A DNA stretch of 38,340 bases, taken from the NCBI GenBank assembly GCA_038215455.1, contig JBBQQW010000002.1, positions 1-38,340 of the forward strand, written 5' to 3'. The DNA comes from Armatimonadota bacterium (GTDB taxonomy: Bacteria; Armatimonadota; Hebobacteria; CAIYQO01). A program made the position numbers and the translations under genes. Numbering within the stretch: the first letter of the stretch is position 1; the number at the start of each line of letters is the position of its first letter. Positions 32,701 through 38,340 of the stretch are shown in pieces. The notes beneath the pieces were generated by a model, which did not search any database, had not been told where the DNA came from, and was given only the letters and a program-made list of their open reading frames with translations.

Positions 32701-33522
32701 CAAGTGGCCGCCATCCTCGATGTAACCGCCAAATCGGATGAATTTCAAGAGCTGGTGAATAGTGCGCTGCAAGATGCAGATCGTATAGATGAGTTGCGGC
32801 GCCTGGTAACCTCCTCCGGCAACAGAACCTGGCCGATATTGATGGAAGCCCTCATTCACTCCAATGTCATGCAAGTGCGTATGCGTGTCATGCTATTAAT
32901 GAAAGAGTACGGCGCGGACGCATTGCCCTTGCTTAATAGCGAAATGCGCAATCCATACCCCTGGTATGTCTATCGTAATCTGTTGCTGGCCGTCACAGAG
33001 GTCGGTTCTACCGAAGCGATGCCCGCTGTCGCCGCACTGTTCCGCCATGTGGATCCACGTGTGCGCTCGGTGGCGTTGCAGGCCGCCATACGCATCGGGC
33101 GCGATGATGCCTGCTCGTACCTGCTGAAGGGGTTGAGTGACGATGATGCAGAGGTGCGTACTCAGGCGGCCGCCCTCGCCGGCTCCTGCCTGCGGCGTGA
33201 TATCATGGAGCGCCTCATCCAAATGCTGAAACCGCGCATGTTGGATAAAGAAGAACCGGAAGGTATCCAGATCGCAGCGACACTAGCGCTGGGACAATTC
33301 CCCGACGTGGAAGCGCGCAGCTGCCTCATCAGCCTGCTTTCAGCTGGTTTCTTGCGGCGCAAGTCCGATAACATCCGCGTCGCGGCCATCAACGCCCTCG
33401 CCGCCCACCTCGCCGATGAAATCGTGCTGGAGAAGATAAAACAAGCCGCCCACGACCGCAACCGCGCCATCCAAAGCGCCGCCACCCGGGTGCTGCAACA
33501 GTATGGCAGCGGGGGGCAGTAG
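29764..33522 (+). CDS. Large multidomain protein: degenerate GGDEF-like domain + degenerate P-loop (AAA_16/STAND-like) module + C-terminal HEAT/PBS-lyase repeats
   Basis: 1252 aa. N-terminal DLLTGLLTLKGW...LTDLAHINQMYGQEECDILITRVAQML...VRESRSALIYL has a GGDEF-fold pattern without GG(D/E)EF. ILLLAPLQSVKSRTL aligns to Walker A GxxGxGKS, and MIIINSLHLADIDS aligns to Walker B LVLDDLHWAD. The C-terminal repeats read DPRVRSVALQAAIRIG, DDDAEVRTQAAALAG, NIRVAAINALA, DRNRAIQSAATRVL. Confidence 0.7.
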   Translation: MTDSSHNHNGNMHASNDLLTGLLTLKGWVNELIEGRFSSSGYILSLRLTDLAHINQMYGQEECDILITRVAQMLQGWVHEQTLLVRESRSALIYLWMPGSNHDETQQMALRLQQSLFASGIMIASGVEIHPRVVVTIIPVSEHDQVYDVVSKLERLEVREPALDAPVNSAANGSLALLNAALEEHHTFGLEPLVEKIHSFINLKAMKRPQTILLLAPLQSVKSRTLGIVGDFLGSSNIPLANVSCHPSDREVRCGLLAAILLTLIPSYPPELLRARVFPLCTLNPWLASLFPTLRQDEAAPLPPDDPELVRTTMQAVLQEMVQAYSAMIIINSLHLADIDSITVLGALQQRDDHGLLIIGGVDTEGDGVPVVVNPLVTSATKVIIPEPFNESTIGEYINNVLPGVKTPALVKLLRERCGGWLLNMESMLRSWAESGVLNHDLGRWQLDAATIPAEIFSTLSPRERRFLAQAALVGPVQIGFLTALWRLSSNSETLVIVDHARKMGFLLPVAPDDPLHVQFRDEEYAAQLVELLTQEDVLRTHAEIASLLEDSTVVLQEMHTEAELAFHLNESGQNERAKQHQAPPAKSLGAFINTLKAQQPEGIGMAEESPLPRSQPLEKADLPAMIDAVLNIRLVGVAYRIYPPNSEIVRTQMEDAIIAIDQVLATRPSLTISTDGAQIALEGRIQDRRDLAVPLKDYLNWMNEAQLQTFVIMRGVTADELKTMFLTIAEFDNVNATDTLQHTLQALKMQHIRFVPRQQQMNQHYQGGANTISVPAELAGTLLMNMANQTMAPAGRANPYEMATDAMKQLGNMQSPESPSTTNQWQDSRFDTEESTPVMESNAAAPASAATGATSKKMLNMAVAMTNPASMTANDWSQLPAMLDESDTQMRRSVMENLNRWLAKSPDIVNEPVNECLNNLLLERLEQERDITVLRETARAAMARLQALVKRHDWNQVLTIVESVSTRIKDESDVSIQEQVAAILDVTAKSDEFQELVNSALQDADRIDELRRLVTSSGNRTWPILMEALIHSNVMQVRMRVMLLMKEYGADALPLLNSEMRNPYPWYVYRNLLLAVTEVGSTEAMPAVAALFRHVDPRVRSVALQAAIRIGRDDACSYLLKGLSDDDAEVRTQAAALAGSCLRRDIMERLIQMLKPRMLDKEEPEGIQIAATLALGQFPDVEARSCLISLLSAGFLRRKSDNIRVAAINALAAHLADEIVLEKIKQAAHDRNRAIQSAATRVLQQYGSGGQ

Positions 33523-33527
33523 GGAAC

Positions 33528-36500
33528 TTACCCCAGCGGCCAGCCCCCGTGCGCGGCTATCACCTCGTCGATCTTGCTCATCAGCGTTATCGTCTCTGCC
33601 AGCGCGGCGACCACCTGCATATAATGTGATATATCATCGTAAGTCAGCACGCGCCCTTTACGGTCTTTCAGCCACTTCTCGCACACCTGGTAGCCGCCGA
33701 TGCGGAACTGCCAGACATCCGCGGGCACTCCGGTGATGTACTGGGTGTCGTTGATCCACACGCGCCCCGCTTCGCCGCCCTCCGGCGCGGTATAGCGCAC
33801 TTTCTCTACCATGCCGCTGCCGGTGATGGGGAAGCCTGTATGTGGCTCCAATTGAACCCGCTGCAGGTGAATATCCACCAGCCGCGCGCCTAATGCACAG
33901 AGTTCGCGGAAGAGCGCCACGTCGCCGGTGAGCGGCAGACGCGGGAAGTCCATCTTCAGGAACGCCGCGTAGCGCGTGCGATACTCCGGTGCATGGAAGA
34001 CCGCGTACATATAATGGAATGCGTCCTCCGGCCCCCAGGTAGTGGCCAGATCGCCCACGCCATCCGGCACATAAGCCAACCCCGTCTTCGCCGTGAGCGC
34101 CTTGATGAAGGTAGGGGTCAGGTTAGCACGACGACCGGTGGTGTACGCCGCTTCTGTCTCTGCTATGACGTTATCAAGGACAACCTGCTTCTTAGTGGTG
34201 GAATTTGGATAGAGGTAGAGCGGAAAAAGGGTCGAGCCGTCTTTGATTTCAACCCCAATAGCAGGCACGGGGAGATATGAAGCTAGAACATGTTGCCAGC
34301 TTGTCATTTTTGTCTGCCGAACGAGGTTAATACTTAAATTCTTCTTGTCCACTACATTATCGACTATTTCTTTTCTTGTCCTATCCACAGCACTGGGGTG
34401 ATAGAAGCAATATCTGTAGTCAAAAGGACGATACAGGACTTTGGTGACATAGTCGCTGATTTCTATATCCGCTACCCCTTGTTTCGCTTTTTCAATATTC
34501 CAGATGCCATTGTTCTTCAAATTATATTCTTGCAAATACTGATTCATGGATAGGTAGTCCAGTCGCTTCAGTCTGTTGAATCTATCGAGTATCACCTTCT
34601 TCTCAAAGTCAATCGCCCAATCATCTCGGTGTGTCTGGAAACCCAGTACATTCACCGGCATTATCTCGGTCACTTTCCAGAAGTTTTCGTATTCGTTCCA
34701 TAAAGCCAGGTCTTGCGTGACAAACATAAACCGCGGGCTTTCCGGCGCTATCTCCGTCCACTCGGTATTAGTAACATCCAGCTCCGCCAAACTCTTATAT
34801 TTGTCGGCGCGGGTGCCCCACAGGTCGGCTTTGTGCAACTTGGCGGGGGCGGTGTTTTTGCCTTGTCGTTTGACGAAGATGCCGATGGCTACGCCTTGCT
34901 GGATGTCGAAGACGTTCTCATCTTTGCCGCCCTCTGGTGTCTTCTCTTTCTTTTTGCTGTTGCCATGCAGGTCGATAATGTAGATGTCATCGAAGGTCTG
35001 CAGCAGGCTCTGGCGCATACCGCGGAAGGTGGGGTTGTCCAGGTAGCCGTTGTTGCTGATGAATGCCAGCACGCCGTAGCCGGTCTGCTCGATGCGCCAC
35101 TGCGCGAAGCGAATGAACTTCACGTAGTCGTCATTCAGCCATTTCGGGTTGCGCTCCCCCAGCGGCTGGCCGTCTACCATAAAGTAATTGCCGGTGCTCT
35201 TGCCCCTGCCGTCGCGCCCGTGCAGCAGATCCTTTATCCATTTGCCGGTGTTAGCGCTGTGCCCGCTGTAGGGTGGGTTGCCCAGCACCACCATCACGGG
35301 TGCCTGCCCCTTCACCTTGCTCGCTTTGCTGGCCTCTTGCGTCAGCGCGTAGGCCAGGCTCGCCTGCTGTGCGGTGTCTTTCGCCTCCTCCAGCGTGTTG
35401 GTGAGGAAAACATTCAGCCGTTGCTCCTCGGCGTTGATGTCATAGCCGGTCTCTTGCAGTTCTAATGCCAGCTTCAGATGCGCGATAGCGTAGGGGGCCA
35501 TCAGCAACTCGAAGCCGAAGATGCGCGGTAGCAGGTGGCGGCCCACGTAGTCATTCCACATCCCCTTGTTGCCGGTGAAGGTGCTGTGAATTTGCTCGAT
35601 GACGCGGCGCAGGAAGGTGCCGGTGCCGGTGGCGGGGTCGAGGATGAGCACGCGATGGACGTCCACACCGTCTACCTGCGTGGAGCTGCTATCCGCCAGC
35701 CCCTGTGGCAGCCCGAAATCGGACTTCAGCAGTTGATCCACGCTACGCACGATGTAGGAGACCACCGGCTCGGGCGTGTAGTAGACGCCGCGCAGCTCGC
35801 GCATTTTGGGATCATAGGCAGCGAGGAAGGTCTCGTAGAAATGCAGCACCGGATCTGTCTGGGCGGTGCCGCGCCCGAAACCCTCCATGCAGGCGGCGAT
35901 ATCCGAGCGATCGAGGAGCAGCGCGAGGTTATCGACAATCCACACATACGGCTCATCGCTGAGATCCGGCCCGGCGAGCATTCCGAAGAGCGAACGCAGA
36001 AAGGGATTGGTTTTGGGCAATTGGTACGAGGCGCCCTCGCGGGTGAATTTCCCCGGCCCGTTGAAGTTGATCCGCGCAGCGAAGAGGCCGTAGCTGATGG
36101 TCTGCGCGTACATGTCGGCGAACTGCGCGTCGGTGAGGTCATGCAGCAGCGATTCCTTGAAACCGGCCATTAACCCGTGCAGTTTCCCGTCCGCGTGTTC
36201 CACCCCCAGCCACTTCTCCACCGCCTCGCGCAATAGGTGCGCCAGTTGCGCCATGCGCCCGGCCAGCTCGCGCGCGTCGGCCACGGTGGGGGTATCCGCA
36301 CGCAGGAAGTTCTGCAGTAGTGTGGTGACTTCATCCGCGCCGCCCGCCACCGGCTGCAATTTGCCATGCAGCCCCACAGTGGCCAGCCGGGCAACGGCCA
36401 CGCGCGCGCCATTCACATACCAGCGGAACTCCAGATAATCGGTGAGGATAAGGTTGCCCAGCGCCGGCAGATAACGCCCCAGCTGCTCGCCGCGCTCCAC

Positions 36501-36737
36501 CGCATCCAGCCCCACGCCGATATCCTTGGCCTCGACGAACCCCACGGGCACCTGCCCCTGCATGATGATAAAGTCCGGCGCTCCGCACGCCTGCCGTTTC
36601 GGTTCATTGGTGGCATTGATAGTGGAATCCAGCAGCTCCAACAACGCCTTCAACGCCGGGCGGTGGGTATGTTCGGTAGCATCGCCCTGCTGCAGCGCCC
36701 CTTCCAGTTCTTTCAAATAATCGGTTATAACGGACAT
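33528..36737 (-). CDS. Single-polypeptide Type IIG / Type ISP-like (YeeA-like) restriction-modification protein: PD-(D/E)xK-like N-domain + gamma-class N6-adenine DNA methyltransferase + C-terminal specificity region
   Basis: Start chosen at the ATG at 36737-36735 (MSVITDYLKELEGALQQGDATEHTHRPALKALLE...), giving 1069 aa. The ORF-track start at 36860 would overlap the upstream gene. GAPDFIIMQG...GFVEAKDIG is a PD...ExK nuclease-like motif. Motif I is LDPATGTGTFL and motif IV is VLGNPPYSG. The C-terminal ~400 aa resembles the Type ISP/YeeA C-terminal domain (FIRFAQWRI..., YRPFDYRYCFY). Confidence 0.85.
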   Translation of the reverse strand: MSVITDYLKELEGALQQGDATEHTHRPALKALLELLDSTINATNEPKRQACGAPDFIIMQGQVPVGFVEAKDIGVGLDAVERGEQLGRYLPALGNLILTDYLEFRWYVNGARVAVARLATVGLHGKLQPVAGGADEVTTLLQNFLRADTPTVADARELAGRMAQLAHLLREAVEKWLGVEHADGKLHGLMAGFKESLLHDLTDAQFADMYAQTISYGLFAARINFNGPGKFTREGASYQLPKTNPFLRSLFGMLAGPDLSDEPYVWIVDNLALLLDRSDIAACMEGFGRGTAQTDPVLHFYETFLAAYDPKMRELRGVYYTPEPVVSYIVRSVDQLLKSDFGLPQGLADSSSTQVDGVDVHRVLILDPATGTGTFLRRVIEQIHSTFTGNKGMWNDYVGRHLLPRIFGFELLMAPYAIAHLKLALELQETGYDINAEEQRLNVFLTNTLEEAKDTAQQASLAYALTQEASKASKVKGQAPVMVVLGNPPYSGHSANTGKWIKDLLHGRDGRGKSTGNYFMVDGQPLGERNPKWLNDDYVKFIRFAQWRIEQTGYGVLAFISNNGYLDNPTFRGMRQSLLQTFDDIYIIDLHGNSKKKEKTPEGGKDENVFDIQQGVAIGIFVKRQGKNTAPAKLHKADLWGTRADKYKSLAELDVTNTEWTEIAPESPRFMFVTQDLALWNEYENFWKVTEIMPVNVLGFQTHRDDWAIDFEKKVILDRFNRLKRLDYLSMNQYLQEYNLKNNGIWNIEKAKQGVADIEISDYVTKVLYRPFDYRYCFYHPSAVDRTRKEIVDNVVDKKNLSINLVRQTKMTSWQHVLASYLPVPAIGVEIKDGSTLFPLYLYPNSTTKKQVVLDNVIAETEAAYTTGRRANLTPTFIKALTAKTGLAYVPDGVGDLATTWGPEDAFHYMYAVFHAPEYRTRYAAFLKMDFPRLPLTGDVALFRELCALGARLVDIHLQRVQLEPHTGFPITGSGMVEKVRYTAPEGGEAGRVWINDTQYITGVPADVWQFRIGGYQVCEKWLKDRKGRVLTYDDISHYMQVVAALAETITLMSKIDEVIAAHGGWPLG

Positions 36738-36743
36738 GCAACC

Positions 36744-36772
36744 AGTATAACAATATAGTCCATTCATAGCAA
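36744..36772 (-). promoter_or_regulatory. Candidate promoter giving a leaderless transcript of the methyltransferase gene
   Basis: The minus strand reads TTGCTA-N17-TATACT-N6-ATG. There is no Shine-Dalgarno sequence between the -10 element and the ATG. Confidence 0.45.
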
Positions 36773-36844
36773 TATTCTGAACAACTTGTGAACCCACCCC
36801 CTGAAGGGCGCTGATTGATCGGATTTCAATCCCGGCAAGAACCC

Positions 36845-38140
36845 CTACTTCTTCTCCCACTTCAACAACGAAGCCACCTGCGCTAGCGTGCTGCCGCGCT
36901 CTATTTCGGCGCGGAGGCGGTTTTCGGATTCCAGCACGTTCATGGCGCGGTTGGCTATTTCTACTGCTTGGGCTTTGGGCATTACTACTATGCCGTCGTC
37001 ATCGGCCAGGATCCAGTCGCCGGGGTTTACTGGCACGCCGCTGATGTGCACGGTGCAATTGATCTCGCCGTAGCCTTTCGCCTCGCCAGCGTTGGGGCAG
37101 GTGAGCTTGCAGAAGAGCTGAACTCCCAGCTTGGGGAGGTCCATGGTGTCGCGCATGGCACCGTCGATGATGACGCCGGCCAGCTTGCGGTTCTTCGCCG
37201 AGGTGGTGGCCAGCTCGCCCCACACCGCCGGGCCTACTCCGCCGACGTCGATCACCAGCACCTCGCCTTCACCGGCGAGGTCGATGGCCTCCACCGGCTT
37301 GGCCCAGTCGCCCGGTGCCGTGCGCACGGTGACCGCCGGGCCGAAGCAGCGCATACCGGGGCGCAGCGGCTTCAGGCCGGGGGCCACACCGCCACGGTGC
37401 ATGGCGTCGCTGATATTGGCGGCGGAGACCTGTGCCAGGATGTCACGGATGCTGTCCGCAGTGGCGCGGCGGAACTCTTTCGATTCTATCGCTACCCCGG
37501 TGTCCAGCGCCTGGCGGATGGCGCGGGTGGCGGCCTGGGCGTCAACGGACTTGGTGATAGACCCACCCACCACGGCCACATGCCCGCCGGATGCCACCGC
37601 GTCGGCGGCGGTTTCGCTGGTGATGCCCCCGGCCACGCACAGCGGCGTATTGACGGCGGCGGCGATGGCGCGCAGCGTCTCAAAGGGGAAGATGCCCAGC
37701 ATCTGCACATCAATAGGGGTGTGGACGCCGATGTAGTCCACCCCCAGCTCCTCCAGCCGACGCGCGCGTGAAACTGGATCGGCGATGTTGATCAGGTCGC
37801 CCACGATCTTCACGCCGTAATGCTTGCCCGCCTCCACGCACTCGGCGATGGTGGCGTCGCTGGCGGCGGCGAGCACACTCACCACGCCCGCGCCGGCTTT
37901 GGCGGCATATTCCACTTCAATGCGCCCGGCGTCCATAATCTTCATATCAGCGACGATGGTGTGGCCCGGATACAGCGACTTCAGTTGCCGCACGGCCTCC
38001 AACCCCACGCTCTTGATCAACGGCGTCCCCGCCTCCAACCAGTCCGCCCCGCCAGCGACAGCTTCCCCCGCCATCACCAACGCGCGGTCAAGGTCGACGA
38101 AATCCAACGCCACCTGCAATATCGGTTTTTCACCCTGCAT
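36845..38140 (-). CDS. Bifunctional 3-hexulose-6-phosphate synthase (OMPDC-fold) / RraA-family domain fusion protein
   Basis: 431 aa. The N-terminal half (LQVALDFVDLDRAL...DWLEAGTPLIKSVG...VADMKIMDAG...GVDYIGVHTPID...VAGGI) is HPS-like. The C-terminal half (ISDAMHRGG...GEVLVIDVGG...AVWGELATTSAKNRKLAGVIIDGAMRD...GDWILADDDGIVVMP) is RraA/aldolase-like. Confidence 0.85.
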   Translation of the reverse strand: MQGEKPILQVALDFVDLDRALVMAGEAVAGGADWLEAGTPLIKSVGLEAVRQLKSLYPGHTIVADMKIMDAGRIEVEYAAKAGAGVVSVLAAASDATIAECVEAGKHYGVKIVGDLINIADPVSRARRLEELGVDYIGVHTPIDVQMLGIFPFETLRAIAAAVNTPLCVAGGITSETAADAVASGGHVAVVGGSITKSVDAQAATRAIRQALDTGVAIESKEFRRATADSIRDILAQVSAANISDAMHRGGVAPGLKPLRPGMRCFGPAVTVRTAPGDWAKPVEAIDLAGEGEVLVIDVGGVGPAVWGELATTSAKNRKLAGVIIDGAMRDTMDLPKLGVQLFCKLTCPNAGEAKGYGEINCTVHISGVPVNPGDWILADDDGIVVMPKAQAVEIANRAMNVLESENRLRAEIERGSTLAQVASLLKWEKK

Positions 38141-38211
38141 AGCTATATTCCTCCCATATCTATATCACAATACTCACAGTTTACCGCTTAGGGGGGAAGA
38201 GAACAACTTTT

Positions 38212-38340
38212 CTTATAACCACGAAAAGCACGAAAAGGGGAATTCATCCGAATAGGTCTGTGCCATGGGCGTCCCCCGAAGGTCATGAGCCTGTCGAATG
38301 GGCCCATGAGAGCGGGCTAATAGAGAAGCGTTCGTAAACC
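38212..38340. repeat. Family D repeat, partial copy running off the right edge
   Basis: aaccacgaaaagcacgaaaagggg...tgccatgggcgtc...ctgtcgaatgggcccatgagagcgggctaatagagaagcgttcgtaaacc. The left part is the reverse complement of 22384-22452. The right part parallels 22061-22120. Confidence 0.65.

Noticed and set aside
36738-36860. 41-codon N-terminal extension of the methyltransferase ORF (ORF-track start at 36860).
   Set aside because: It would overlap the upstream HPS-RraA gene by 16 nt. The extension has no family similarity, whereas the internal ATG at 36737 begins the conserved MSVITDYLKEL... N-terminus and has its own promoter-like hexamers.

Overview
High-GC (about 60% by eye) bacterial chromosomal window. 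It carries the classic origin-proximal block mnmG(gidA)-rsmG(gidB)-parA-parB with two near-consensus parS sites, plus hflX, rsmA(ksgA) and the 5' end of a UvrD/PcrA-type helicase. Around these sit secreted and carbohydrate-active genes: a PQQ-like beta-propeller preceded by a 68-aa prepilin-type mini-protein with a divergent XylR/AraC regulator, a Gfo/Idh/MocA oxidoreductase, a sugar-phosphate isomerase, a 1132-aa secreted multidomain protein, AXE1-like and CE15-like esterases, and a GH4 glycosidase. Also present are a V4R + GAF-GGDEF cassette, a 1252-aa protein with degenerate GGDEF-like and P-loop-like modules plus HEAT repeats, a convergent single-polypeptide Type IIG/ISP-like nuclease-N6-adenine methyltransferase, and an HPS-RraA fusion. 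The prepilin-type N-terminus ([25 protein letters not shown]) and XylR-type regulator suggest an Armatimonadota or PVC-like lineage; this is inference only. The most unusual property is non-coding. At least four families of hairpin-forming interspersed repeats (MITE/REP-like, here called A-D) occupy many of the intergenic gaps. One repeat is inserted in frame inside mnmG. One supplies the last codons of mnmG. One sits in the 5' leader of the 1252-aa gene with an apparent target-site duplication. An 82-bp near-perfect direct repeat (a copy of the 3' end of the 1132-aa gene) brackets the 2.4-kb V4R/diguanylate-cyclase cassette, whose genes show frame and start-codon damage. No rRNA, tRNA or CRISPR array was recognised by eye. 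All homology calls rest on motifs read from the supplied translations, not on database searches.
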